In this document: piece after piece, positions 1 through 9,214 of the stretch
Layout of the letters: each line of letters begins with the position of its first letter
Position numbering within the stretch: position 1 is the first letter of the stretch
IMG/VR virus record: IMGVR_UViG_3300010354_000045
Span: 1 to 64,000 of that record
DNA: 64,000 nt
Source of the DNA: a virus
Reading direction: 5' to 3' (one strand)
Made by a program: the position numbers and the translations under genes
Notes under the pieces: generated by a model
What the model was told of the DNA's origin: nothing
Seen by the model: the letters and a program-made list of their open reading frames with translations, nothing else
Databases searched by the model: none

Positions 1-105
1 GCTGGCTTACCTGCACCCATTGCTGCTTCAGGATTGTCTTCAGGTGCTGCTGGCGCTGGCTTACCTGCACCCATTGCTGCTTCAGGATTGTCTTCAGGTG
101 CTGCT
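1..105. repeat. 54-bp tandem repeat (PAAPEDNPEAAMGAGKPA unit), at least 2 copies
   Basis: gctggcttacctgcacccattgctgcttcaggattgtcttcaggtgctgct at 1-51 and 55-105. Confidence 0.9.
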
Positions 106-470
106 GCTGGTGCTGCTGCCGGTGCTGTTTGTGTCCCGGCAGCTAATCTCTTATCAGTAGGATTAGCTTCTGGTGCCGCTGCTGGTGCTGCTGGTGCTGC
201 TGGTGCCGCTTTTGGAGTACCGTCTGGATTAGCATCAGTTACTGGTTTACCTGATAGGAATCCGCCTTTTACCATCCTACCGATTATAATCGGATCTGTA
301 GGATCACCTTGTCCAATTTTTCCTTGGACTTGTGGACTTAGTTTTGCCCAAGCTGCTGCTTTTGCTGGATCTTTACCTTCCCATGGATTAGGTAAGGTTG
401 CTTCTTGTATCAGCAGTCGTCTCAATGACTGAACCTTTTCCTTTAATTGAGATTCTGTAATTTTAGTCAT
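1..470 (-). CDS. Pro/Ala-rich putative internal head protein (3' end truncated by window)
   Basis: ATG at 470 one nt after the stop of 472..2823, preceded by AGGA; reads MTKITESQLKEKVQSLRRLLIQEATLPNPWEGKD... open to the window edge; not in ORF track. Confidence 0.7.
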   Translation of the reverse strand, partial: MTKITESQLKEKVQSLRRLLIQEATLPNPWEGKDPAKAAAWAKLSPQVQGKIGQGDPTDPIIIGRMVKGGFLSGKPVTDANPDGTPKAAPAAPAAPAAAPEANPTDKRLAAGTQTAPAAAPAAAPEDNPEAAMGAGKPAPAAPEDNPEAAMGAGKP

Positions 471-471
471 A

Positions 472-2823
472 TTATTTTCCTGTATTCATTTGTTGCAAAA
501 TATGTTTCATAAAGTCTGCAGGATTGATTTGTCCTCCAGGAAACTGTACATTTTGATTAGGTACTTGCCCTTGTGCTTTATTTAAAGCGCCTGTTATTTT
601 TCTTTGTAACATCTGTCCGATCTGATCAGGTTTGTTCAAATCAATAACATCGTCGTCTTTATCGTCATCACTAAATTTAGGCAATCTTAATCTTAAATTT
701 TGAGCAGCAGGATCAAAATTAGGAACTTGTTCCTCCATGTCACTGTGTGCTACGCCTGCTAATTTTAACAGTCTATGTCTTTCCGAATCCATTGAATTAC
801 CACTAGGATCCATCTTATCAATTAGAGCAATAACTTGACGTACATCATCTTCTGATGCATCTGGATATTCGCCGTTCTTAAATGCTTTTATTACCTTTGT
901 TTTAGCTCTAGTACCGCCGATGGTAAAGTTTCGTTCTTCTTTGTTCCAAAACCCAGCTATAGATTTTAGCATTTGGTCAACACTGCTTGCACGAGGTTCT
1001 TCAAATCCACATTCCATCGGAGTCATACCGCATTCAATAATAGCGTCATGAAGAGTCATTTCTTTATGACCAAAATCGAGTTTTGTATCTAGTGTTGCTC
1101 CGGCTTTTTTTGCACTTTGAATAGCTTTCATTAAACCTCTACGTGCTAAATGCCTTGCTTGAGAATAGCCTTGACCATGTTTACCAGCAGTTACTTTTTT
1201 AGCTGGTTTTTCGTCGGGATCAAATGGAGGATCGTCATGCGTTTCTGCAACAGGAGCTGCTTGTGGTTTAGCAGCTGGTTCAGCCGCAGCAGGTGCAGCA
1301 GGTGCAGCAGGTGCAGCAGGAGTTGCTGGAGTTGCTGGAGTTGCTGGAGGAGCTTCTTGTTCTCCTGGTTCACCAATTTCTAGTTGTGCTGCTACTTCTG
1401 GATCTCTTTGTAAGATGTATTGTTGAATTAAAGGTCTTATATCTAAATCACCGTCGATATCTTTCAAACTTAATAAAAATTCTGGATCGTCAATTAGGCC
1501 TTTAAGACTTCCTACTGCATTTACAGCATCTGGACCAGCTTTCAACTCTGCCCCCATGATCTTATTGAGTTTTTCAATAGCTACACGTTGAGCATCTTTA
1601 TTTGGACTAAAGATTTCATCTTTATTTTCATTAACAAGATCTTCAATAAAATTTTCAAAGGCTACTTCGGGATCAATATTTTCTTTCTTGTGACTCTTAT
1701 ATCCCTTGTTCTTCATCCAGTGAGCTAGTGCAAAAGGATTGTCAATTTCTTTATGTTTCTTCATACCTTTGACAGTGCCTTCCCATCCTTCGGGTGCTTT
1801 TTCATCTAGCAAGTCGTTTGCTGATAATTCTTTAATAGGAATATCACTTTCGTCGACTAGATTGTAAATGTAAGGAAATACTGATTTTAATTCTTCATTG
1901 AATGTGCGAATAGTTAATCTATCAATCCAGTCATTCATAATTGTTTCTGGAATAGCACGTTCTTCTTTTTCAGCAAATGATTCGGCAAATTCTTGATAAT
2001 AAGTTGGGCGTTGTAAGCAATGAATTTCTTTTTTAATTTGTTCAATTCTTTCCATTACTTTAGATGTAATGTCTCCCATTGCTTCGCTTAATTGTTCTTG
2101 ACGGCCAACATAATTTTTAAATTTCCTAAGTTGTGCTAGTTCTTCACTTAGACCAATAATGTGTTTACCAATGCCATCATATGGATTTCCGCCAGCTTTG
2201 ATATGCTCGGCTAATGCTCTTGCACCATTAATATGTTTTGCTGGATACTTGAATCTTTCTCCAACAGCATTTTCAATATAAATGCTATCAATGTGCATAG
2301 TTCTGCCAGTAGGCAGTTCAGGATCAACAGCTTGATTGTGTTTGATAACTAATCTAGCTTCTCCTAGATCCTGATAACTAATTTTATTAGTTCCGTAAAA
2401 TTTACTTTCCATGACAGGTATTTGAGCCATTGGTTCTTCCTTGCGCTTTGACTTAAATTCGTAATCTCTTTTGTCTAGTTCACTTTTACCCATGTTTTCA
2501 ACTTTAAACTTTAACATTCTGCCTTTGGCAAATTTCCTAAAGCTACGAATAAATTGAAATGCGCTGTGTTTTGTTGAATTATCGTCGTCAACTAGATCTC
2601 CGCTAATTTGCATTACTAGACCTTTTTTACTGTCAAGCGAAATTGCAATACTACCCAAAGGTTCTCCGCCTTCTTCGTATTCAAATTCAAAAAATCTAGC
2701 CTGAGGGATATCCTCTTCTTTACTTAAAACTTTGCCGTTTTCGTCACCAATTTTGATGTCGGGAAAACGGTTCTGTATCTTTCCGTAAAGGTCTAAAGCA
2801 ACTTTGTCTAAATTAGCGTCCAT
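472..2823 (-). CDS. Large hypothetical protein, probable virion/internal head protein
   Basis: Long ORF; start moved to ATG 2823 (MDANLDK) after the terminase stop and a TAAATA box; acidic, many (L/I/V)xE motifs, Pro/Ala linker. Confidence 0.7.
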   Translation of the reverse strand: MDANLDKVALDLYGKIQNRFPDIKIGDENGKVLSKEEDIPQARFFEFEYEEGGEPLGSIAISLDSKKGLVMQISGDLVDDDNSTKHSAFQFIRSFRKFAKGRMLKFKVENMGKSELDKRDYEFKSKRKEEPMAQIPVMESKFYGTNKISYQDLGEARLVIKHNQAVDPELPTGRTMHIDSIYIENAVGERFKYPAKHINGARALAEHIKAGGNPYDGIGKHIIGLSEELAQLRKFKNYVGRQEQLSEAMGDITSKVMERIEQIKKEIHCLQRPTYYQEFAESFAEKEERAIPETIMNDWIDRLTIRTFNEELKSVFPYIYNLVDESDIPIKELSANDLLDEKAPEGWEGTVKGMKKHKEIDNPFALAHWMKNKGYKSHKKENIDPEVAFENFIEDLVNENKDEIFSPNKDAQRVAIEKLNKIMGAELKAGPDAVNAVGSLKGLIDDPEFLLSLKDIDGDLDIRPLIQQYILQRDPEVAAQLEIGEPGEQEAPPATPATPATPAAPAAPAAPAAAEPAAKPQAAPVAETHDDPPFDPDEKPAKKVTAGKHGQGYSQARHLARRGLMKAIQSAKKAGATLDTKLDFGHKEMTLHDAIIECGMTPMECGFEEPRASSVDQMLKSIAGFWNKEERNFTIGGTRAKTKVIKAFKNGEYPDASEDDVRQVIALIDKMDPSGNSMDSERHRLLKLAGVAHSDMEEQVPNFDPAAQNLRLRLPKFSDDDKDDDVIDLNKPDQIGQMLQRKITGALNKAQGQVPNQNVQFPGGQINPADFMKHILQQMNTGK
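1286..1348. repeat. 9-bp tandem repeats encoding a PAT/PAA linker
   Basis: (gcagcaggt)x~4 followed by (ggagttgct)x3. Confidence 0.85.
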
Positions 2824-2827
2824 GTTA

Positions 2828-2833
2828 TATTTA
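2828..2833 (-). promoter_or_regulatory. T4-type late promoter TAAATA
   Basis: GATAAATA 4 nt before ATG 2823; gp55 encoded in window. Confidence 0.65.
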
Positions 2834-4429
2834 TCATATGTTGGTTGATACGTATATTGGCAGAGGAGGCTCCCAATCATCGTTTAACTCAGAATTAACA
2901 CTTAAAGTTTCAAAAACTAGAGGGTCCCATTCTGCTAATATTACACTCATTCTCACTGCTAGCAACAAAGCAGAAACAAGGTCGTCGTTTTGCCCTGTTT
3001 TTGCTTTAAAACTAATACCATTAGCTATAAAAGTCTTTAGTTCACTAATTAACGGCCTGCTGTGTATTTTCATCTTGCTTTCTTCAATTAAAAACTTTAG
3101 TCTAGCACAAGCTGAAATTTTACTAGAATAGGTAGTATTGAATCCTTTTCTAAACTTACGCACATGTCCCTTTTTAACCGGCTCGCTTACAAACAAACCA
3201 GGAAAAGTTTCTTCACCTAAGTCTTTAATTACTACAAGAGCAGCTTCTCCAACAGTGTTGTTTTCGCAACTCCAATAGATATTGTTATTGTTATCAGGGC
3301 CTATTTCTTCAGAAATATATTTTAATACATCTCGTAAAATTTTAACTTGTCCTTGTATTGGAGTAATATTATGCTGCCATTCTGCTACTTGTTCAAAACT
3401 TGGTAATTCAAATACTTCAATACCTGCATAATCTCCGCCGGTACCTAGGCAAGGATCTAATGCTGCGAGATATAATTTGCCAGCCTCGGGTTTTTTGTAC
3501 CATCTTACTTGCCCTAGTTTACTAATAGGTTCTTTACCGAGAAGTTCAGACAGTTTAATACTGTTAATTAATGTTTCGTCATACACTAGAAATTCGCAAC
3601 CATACTCTCTACGAAATCTTTCTTCTCCAATTCTGCCTAGTTCTTCACGTTTCCAGTTTTCATCACGATCAGGGTGATCGCTCCATTCTGACCTAAATCC
3701 ATAGAACCCGTTACGTCCTCTACCATCTAAATTTTCATTACCGAATTCGTCAAACTTATCTTGACTTTCTTTCCAGATTGTAGCAAATGTATCTTCATCA
3801 CTATTAGGTGTTGAAGTGATAATTGCTTTACCACCAGTTGCTAGTGTAGGTGAAATTGAAGTCCAAAATTCTTCAGCAATATTAGGTTGTACGAATGCAA
3901 ACTCATCGCAATAAAGTAATGAGATACTCATACCACGCCCTGTTGTGCCTGTGGTCGTCTGTGCTACAATTCTAGAACCATTGTCAAACTCTATACTCTG
4001 TTTGTTATAACTTACTACGCCGCAGCGTATATGGTCTGGGCAAAGTTCATAGCCATATCGAACACGTTGCATAATTTCTTGTGCGCCGGTGTATTTGTGC
4101 GCGGCTACTAGAATTGTTTGGTCTGGATGAAACATAGCATACCATAATAGATACGCCGATGCACAGGTAGTTTTACCACTTTGCCTTGGCAACATATTAA
4201 CTGTAAATCTATAACCGTGATAACTATCTAATAGGCCAAGTTGATAATTGTAAGGATCAAATAACAGTTTACCTTTTACAGGATGTTGTATGTAGAAAAA
4301 ATTCTTAGCAAAAAATATGTAACCTTTGTCTTGGTCGCTACACATTAAGAGCTGATGTATTTGCTCTTCTGTGAATTTTTCTTTAGTATGTGCCTTTTTG
4401 GTAAGGACACCATCTAGTGATTTTCCCAT
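2834..4429 (-). CDS. gp17: Terminase large subunit
   Basis: Walker A PRQSGKTT, Walker B LLYCDE, ITSTPN coupling motif, RNase H nuclease ALDP..G.G.DY and DDLV. Confidence 0.96.
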   Translation of the reverse strand: MGKSLDGVLTKKAHTKEKFTEEQIHQLLMCSDQDKGYIFFAKNFFYIQHPVKGKLLFDPYNYQLGLLDSYHGYRFTVNMLPRQSGKTTCASAYLLWYAMFHPDQTILVAAHKYTGAQEIMQRVRYGYELCPDHIRCGVVSYNKQSIEFDNGSRIVAQTTTGTTGRGMSISLLYCDEFAFVQPNIAEEFWTSISPTLATGGKAIITSTPNSDEDTFATIWKESQDKFDEFGNENLDGRGRNGFYGFRSEWSDHPDRDENWKREELGRIGEERFRREYGCEFLVYDETLINSIKLSELLGKEPISKLGQVRWYKKPEAGKLYLAALDPCLGTGGDYAGIEVFELPSFEQVAEWQHNITPIQGQVKILRDVLKYISEEIGPDNNNNIYWSCENNTVGEAALVVIKDLGEETFPGLFVSEPVKKGHVRKFRKGFNTTYSSKISACARLKFLIEESKMKIHSRPLISELKTFIANGISFKAKTGQNDDLVSALLLAVRMSVILAEWDPLVFETLSVNSELNDDWEPPLPIYVSTNI

Positions 4430-4434
4430 AACTT

Positions 4435-4440
4435 TATTTA
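4435..4440 (-). promoter_or_regulatory. Late promoter TAAATA
   Basis: GTAAATA 5 nt before terminase ATG, directly after a terminator. Confidence 0.65.
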
Positions 4441-4441
4441 C

Positions 4442-4470
4442 AAAAAAAATAGCCCCCGAAGGAGCTATTT
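4442..4470 (-). terminator. Rho-independent terminator
   Basis: Minus strand AAATAGCTCC-TTCG-GGGGCTATTT then T-tract; C(UUCG)G loop typical of T4-like terminators. Confidence 0.85.
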
Positions 4471-4503
4471 GGCACTATCGGACAGAGTGCTAACTGCGAC
4501 GAA

Positions 4504-5547
4504 TTAGTCTTTTAGTCTGCCGGAGTTTTCAGCAGATTTCAACATGTCGATACGATCTTTATAACCTTTTACACCTGGCTTAATATCCTTAGCGGCTTTC
4601 TTTTCTCCTGCTGTAGGATTTTTAATGTGTTTCATTGTGGTCTTTTCTTGATGACTTGCTTCTTTAATCTCATCATACATTTGTGCTAGGCGCGACTTTA
4701 ATGCTTCTTGCATTGGATTTCCTCCGCCGTTAACTTTAGGAGCTTCGTTACCTTTGCTATGCATATCATCGCCTGTTGGTGTAATATCTGCTACATCTAA
4801 AGTTACTGTATCGGCGCTGCCTTCAACTGAATTTTCATAACTGTCGCCAAATAATGCATCTCGATCGTGTGGGATATTAGGAGCCCCAGCAGGTTTACCT
4901 GATTCTATATTTTTAAGAATAGCCATTAAATCTTTGATGCCGCCGCTGCCACTGCCATTCATGCTTACATTCATAGTAACATTATCTTGCTGCTTAGGTG
5001 CAGGTGGCATTGATCCCATCATATCACCACCGCATTCATCATACATGTCTTCTTTAGATAAAGTAGGTTCTGGAGCGTTAGCAAGGGCATTTGCCATTGA
5101 CGATCTTGCGGCTCTAGCTGCTGCTGGGTCAGGTTGATTTTCTGATTGCATTGATTCTTCCCAATCGTCAGATGCCGGTTGGGTAGGTGCAACTGGTAAT
5201 TTTGGCATATTAGGCATTGCCGGTGTTTTCATTCCTTTTACTACATTCATAGGATTCTGCATATTAGCTGCTAGTTCTGGATGTTGTGACATAAAAGCAT
5301 CATATTCTGCTTTTGACACCGACTTACCATTAACAGTATAAGAGTCTTGCCCCGGAGCAGTTGCTGGCCTTGCCTGCTTTGACTGCTGTTTCATCTGCTG
5401 CATCATAGTAGTAGGATCCAACTTTTGAAAAGACGGATTTTTCATAATGTTAGCCATTTGCTGTTGCATCATAGCGTTAGGATCCATCATTCCTGGACCA
5501 GCTTCGTCTAAAGCTTTAATTTTATTATATAATTCTGTGAAATTCAT
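4504..5547 (-). CDS. Low-complexity Met/Pro/Gln-rich putative internal head protein
   Basis: 347-aa ORF, N-term MNFTELYNKIKALDEA resembling a cleavable capsid-targeting leader. Confidence 0.6.
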   Translation of the reverse strand: MNFTELYNKIKALDEAGPGMMDPNAMMQQQMANIMKNPSFQKLDPTTMMQQMKQQSKQARPATAPGQDSYTVNGKSVSKAEYDAFMSQHPELAANMQNPMNVVKGMKTPAMPNMPKLPVAPTQPASDDWEESMQSENQPDPAAARAARSSMANALANAPEPTLSKEDMYDECGGDMMGSMPPAPKQQDNVTMNVSMNGSGSGGIKDLMAILKNIESGKPAGAPNIPHDRDALFGDSYENSVEGSADTVTLDVADITPTGDDMHSKGNEAPKVNGGGNPMQEALKSRLAQMYDEIKEASHQEKTTMKHIKNPTAGEKKAAKDIKPGVKGYKDRIDMLKSAENSGRLKD

Positions 5548-5548
5548 T

Positions 5549-6166
5549 TTATTTTCCTTTCCTTGGATCTGGATTGCTCACAGCGCCAAGGGGACTTTTT
5601 GCAGCAGATATTTTTTCTGCTTTAGGTGCTTTTTCTGCTGGAGCTTTTTTAGCTAAAATTTTATCATTAACACCTTTATATTGTGTAAGTGTTTTTTTAT
5701 TTTTACCTAATTCTTTTAGTAGGTTCATTTTTTGTTTTTCGCCTACTAATTTTTGGCCGTCGGTATCTTCTAATTCTGATTTTTCTAAAAGAGCTTCTCC
5801 TGACAACTCATCATTTGCATGATTTAACGCTTCTTCTTCTTGCTCTTTTAAATTTCTTACTTTAATGCAACTTAATAAAATATTGCAATGTTCTGCAACT
5901 AAATCTCTAATTTCTAAGCTAGTAGCAGGGTAAGCGGTGCATACATCAAACACAGTTACTTCTACATTTTTTTGTTCTGGAAAGTCTGCTTGTGTTTCTT
6001 GAATTGGAGTTCTTTTTCCTGACGAACAACTTTCTACTTGAAATTTTGTCAGTGCTGATTTAATTTTTGAGGTGCAATCGCTTGGGCATTCGCCAGCAAT
6101 TTTTACCTTAAATTCGTAAGTTTGTTTGCTTTCGATCAAATATTCTTTGAATGATTTCATTTTCAT
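5549..6166 (-). CDS. Putative head/internal protein with capsid-targeting-like N-terminus
   Basis: MKSFKEYLIE (alt start 6160) resembles T4 internal-protein CTS MKTYQEFIAE; TAAATA upstream. Confidence 0.6.
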   Translation of the reverse strand: MKMKSFKEYLIESKQTYEFKVKIAGECPSDCTSKIKSALTKFQVESCSSGKRTPIQETQADFPEQKNVEVTVFDVCTAYPATSLEIRDLVAEHCNILLSCIKVRNLKEQEEEALNHANDELSGEALLEKSELEDTDGQKLVGEKQKMNLLKELGKNKKTLTQYKGVNDKILAKKAPAEKAPKAEKISAAKSPLGAVSNPDPRKGK

Positions 6167-6178
6167 AATCCCGATGTA

Positions 6179-6664
6179 TTATTTATTCATATTTTTTAGT
6201 TTTTCTAGTAGACTGTTACGGTCTGTAAGTATGTACCCATCACCGGTTATGTTAACGCTGTTATCGTCAGAGCTTGCATCTTGATCTAATTTTTGTTTCT
6301 TAAGCTGTAGCTCAATCATTTTTAGTTTTTTGTCCATTTTTGCTGCTTTAGCATCGATGGCGTTTTTTAACATAGATCCCGCAACTTCAAATATACGTCC
6401 ACTATATCTAGCTTCTACATTCATACCCAAATCCATCAAATCATCGTATGCATCTGTAGCACGTTGAGCTAGAGCATCAAACTCTGCATCACTGGCATCA
6501 CCTAAGCCTTTTACCTGAGGTAGTGCTGCTGATATTTTATCGAAGTCAGACATGTCTCTTAAAAAAGGTTTAGCAACTTCAGCTTTTTTTGCTTCCTTTT
6601 CTTCCTGCTTGATAATTTTTTTGCTTTCAGGTAAATTTAATAGTTCTTCAAGTTTTTTGGTCAT
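6179..6664 (-). CDS. gp16: Terminase small subunit
   Basis: Helical 161 aa; GRIFEVAGSMLKN resembles T4-like gp16 PRAYEVAGQLIK; near gp17. Confidence 0.65.
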   Translation of the reverse strand: MTKKLEELLNLPESKKIIKQEEKEAKKAEVAKPFLRDMSDFDKISAALPQVKGLGDASDAEFDALAQRATDAYDDLMDLGMNVEARYSGRIFEVAGSMLKNAIDAKAAKMDKKLKMIELQLKKQKLDQDASSDDNSVNITGDGYILTDRNSLLEKLKNMNK

Positions 6665-6671
6665 ATTTTAC

Positions 6672-7109
6672 TTATGCATTAGTTTGACTAAACATATCAT
6701 TTTCGTTGACAATTCTAAATTTAATACCCTGCTGTTTGCACCAAATATTAGCTGCTGCCCACTTAGCTTGGTTTTTAATAAATTGTGCTTGGTTGTATTT
6801 ACTTTTTCCAACCCGTTCTAAAATTGTTTGGCTAGCAGGTTTTACTTCGATAAGTTCTAAATGTCGGCGACTAAATTTGTCTACATACTCTATGAAAAAA
6901 TCAGGAACGTATATAGTTTGGCGACCAGTTAAGGGATCTTTATAAGGAATGTTTACTGCTTCACTAGCCCATTTAGTCACATATGGATTTGTGTCACAAA
7001 ATTTCATAAAATGCCATTCCCAACTAGATCTATATGTTGGAACTTTTGTTCCCACATATTTTTCTGGATGGGTCATAGTGAATTTACCTCTGGCAAATTT
7101 GCTAGCCAT
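6672..7109 (-). CDS. gp4: Head completion nuclease (TnsA-like PD-(D/E)xK)
   Basis: YRSSWE..FM.FCD, WASE..IPY, YVPDF, IEVKP, NQAKW motifs. Confidence 0.9.
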   Translation of the reverse strand: MASKFARGKFTMTHPEKYVGTKVPTYRSSWEWHFMKFCDTNPYVTKWASEAVNIPYKDPLTGRQTIYVPDFFIEYVDKFSRRHLELIEVKPASQTILERVGKSKYNQAQFIKNQAKWAAANIWCKQQGIKFRIVNENDMFSQTNA

Positions 7110-7112
7110 AGA

Positions 7113-7487
7113 TTATACTAGAATGTTACGGCTTTCGTAATTATCAGCTAAAGGTGCTATACGATAACCTAATAAACTTATTTTTTCTCTATAGGCATTT
7201 AAGACTTGTGCAACTACTTGACTAAGTTCTACATCGCTAAGAGCTTTTAATGTATCGATCAATTGAAATACATTAACACTGTCTGCTCTAGCTTGATTTA
7301 ATAACACAATTGCTATTGACCTAGAACTTTCTGTGTCAAAACCTCTTTTAAGAAAAAATCCAATAACCGCATCTATTTGATTAGTTGGGAAACTAACTTG
7401 ACTTACAAAAAATTTATCAAAAAATTGTCTAATCTCTGTAGAACTATCTGCTGATGCAATTGTTGGTAAATTAATACTAGATGACAT
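7113..7487 (-). CDS. Hypothetical protein
   Basis: 124-aa ORF tightly packed in the late operon. Confidence 0.7.
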   Translation of the reverse strand: MSSSINLPTIASADSSTEIRQFFDKFFVSQVSFPTNQIDAVIGFFLKRGFDTESSRSIAIVLLNQARADSVNVFQLIDTLKALSDVELSQVVAQVLNAYREKISLLGYRIAPLADNYESRNILV

Positions 7488-7488
7488 T

Positions 7489-8484
7489 TTAATTTCCTGT
7501 TAGATTTACTTGTGTTGCTGTAGTAGTATTGTTGTTTTGATTTACAACAGGAAATACTACTCCCTGTAGACCAGTTAGCCCTTGTGAAGATGTTGATATT
7601 CCCGTAGCAACATTAACTGGTAATCCGTTATTTAATGCACTAGTATTTTGATATGTATTAATCTGTTTGGTTAAATTACTTACGAATTCTTGTCTATTTG
7701 CTTCTACATTTATATTACTAATAAAACTAGGACTTGCTGTATCTAAATCTCCTCTGCTTTCTAATGGGCTAGGAGTAAGATCATAGTGTTCTAAAGCAAA
7801 ACCTTCGGGGTCACCCGGAGTAACTTTACCAGAACCATAAGCAACTGCTTCATATGCCAACGTCATAGTTTTTTCATTAAGCTCATTTTGAGCATATACG
7901 CCACTACCATGTTGCCATCCAACTATTAAAGGATTTTTTAGTGTGTAACTAACAAACTCTTTTCTCGACATTTGATAAATGGTAATATAGTTAAAAAATG
8001 GCAAAGTACTACCGTTGTCTAGGCCGTAGGCATTAGGAATAAAATCACTACTTTTTGTTGCATTTCTTGAATACGCACTGCCATTTTTAGCACTATTAGG
8101 ATCAGCATAATAGTAGCTATAATAATTCTGCCATAGTTGATTTATCAAACTCATGTTGTCGTCATGAAATTTAATAGTAATATTTTCATACTTATGAGTA
8201 GTTTGTAAAACTTTTTTTCTATTATATTGATTTACAGTTTCAGTAGTAATACTAAATTTAGGCAAGTCTGCACTTTTTACTAACATATTAATTTCATTCC
8301 TGTGGCGTTGAACAAGATCAATATTTTTAAGTGCTGCCGAATTTATACCAAAACTAACATGAAAAAGAAACTTACTCTTAGGTGCTAATCTAAACCCGTC
8401 GTCAACAAACAGTCTAGCAGCATGTTGAAAGTCACGTAGATTTAAATCACTTCGTGGTTTAAGATAATTTGGGGTAGTAGCCAT
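7489..8484 (-). CDS. Tail tube-like protein (gp19/gp48/gp54 fold)
   Basis: LVKSADLPKFSITTETVNQYNRK..Y.NITIKFHDD pattern; adjacent to tail tube. Confidence 0.65.
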   Translation of the reverse strand: MATTPNYLKPRSDLNLRDFQHAARLFVDDGFRLAPKSKFLFHVSFGINSAALKNIDLVQRHRNEINMLVKSADLPKFSITTETVNQYNRKKVLQTTHKYENITIKFHDDNMSLINQLWQNYYSYYYADPNSAKNGSAYSRNATKSSDFIPNAYGLDNGSTLPFFNYITIYQMSRKEFVSYTLKNPLIVGWQHGSGVYAQNELNEKTMTLAYEAVAYGSGKVTPGDPEGFALEHYDLTPSPLESRGDLDTASPSFISNINVEANRQEFVSNLTKQINTYQNTSALNNGLPVNVATGISTSSQGLTGLQGVVFPVVNQNNNTTTATQVNLTGN

Positions 8485-8489
8485 AATAA

Positions 8490-8495
8490 TATTTA
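8490..8495 (-). promoter_or_regulatory. Late promoter TAAATA
   Basis: CTAAATA 5 nt before ATG 8484. Confidence 0.6.
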
Positions 8496-8530
8496 GCCAA
8501 TAAATTTACTGGGTATTTTATCAAAGCCAT

Positions 8531-8559
8531 TAAAAAAGGCCGCCTAAGCAGCCTTTTTG
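8531..8559 (-). terminator. Rho-independent terminator after tail tube
   Basis: AAAAAGGCTGC-TTAG-GCGGCCTTTTTT on minus strand. Confidence 0.85.
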
Positions 8560-8560
8560 T

Positions 8561-9181
8561 TTAGCTAGCTGTTGCTAGCGTTCCTACTCGTCTGGTTACT
8601 GGAGATCCGATGCCTGTACCTAATGGTGTTTGTAGGCAATTGTCTGGTCTTACTGTAATGTCAATCTCAACCGGAGTCTGTTCGCTGTAGGCTACATTAT
8701 TGTATGCTGCCTTTTCTAAGTAGCAACCATAACATTCCCATGTTTCTAAAACTGTTGGAGTGTTATTACCGTTGCCGCCATCTAACAATTCAATACGCAT
8801 GGTAAATTTATAATCGCCGGCCGCTGCTGAACTAGACTGCTCAAAGAAATCAAACTGTCTTTGCATTTGTTCACCAACTAACTTAGCAACATTACCGTTT
8901 ATATCATCTCGGAATTTAATAGTCATTGCTTCCCATGATACTTTACCGGCATAATTAATTTTACTGTTATAAACTTCAATTATTTGGTTTTGAAAACTTG
9001 CTGTAGGTCTAGCTGCACTTACAACTTGTTTGGTTAATTCAGTAGTTGCACCAGATACACCAAAACCTTCAAAAGTAACCCTAAAGCGATACTTGAGTTT
9101 TGGCATTAACAGACCTTGTGAGCTAGCACTTTGGTCTGAAGCTAGTGGTACTGTAAATCTTGATAAACTTGCGATTGCCAT
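8561..9181 (-). CDS. gp19: Tail tube protein
   Basis: PKLKYRFRV, YAGK..WE.MTIKFRDD, ETWECYGC; follows sheath; GGAG SD and TAAATA upstream. Confidence 0.88.
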   Translation of the reverse strand: MAIASLSRFTVPLASDQSASSQGLLMPKLKYRFRVTFEGFGVSGATTELTKQVVSAARPTASFQNQIIEVYNSKINYAGKVSWEAMTIKFRDDINGNVAKLVGEQMQRQFDFFEQSSSAAAGDYKFTMRIELLDGGNGNNTPTVLETWECYGCYLEKAAYNNVAYSEQTPVEIDITVRPDNCLQTPLGTGIGSPVTRRVGTLATAS

Positions 9182-9214
9182 ATTATTCTGCTCCGTTAAA
9201 GATATTTATCATTA

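Noticed and set aside
34-432. Plus-strand 132-aa ORF and the many other antisense or alternate-frame ORFs (e.g. 1150-1505, 24199-24753, 27509-33274, 46034-46611, 49160-51004)
   Set aside because: Shadows of biased-codon or repetitive genes on the opposite strand or frame; no SD, promoter or recognisable motifs
4469-4493. CIRCE-like inverted repeat TTGGCACTA-N7-GAGTGCTAA
   Set aside because: Spacer is 7 nt rather than 9, the left arm has two mismatches and it lies in a 3' UTR before a terminator; more likely a plain RNA hairpin
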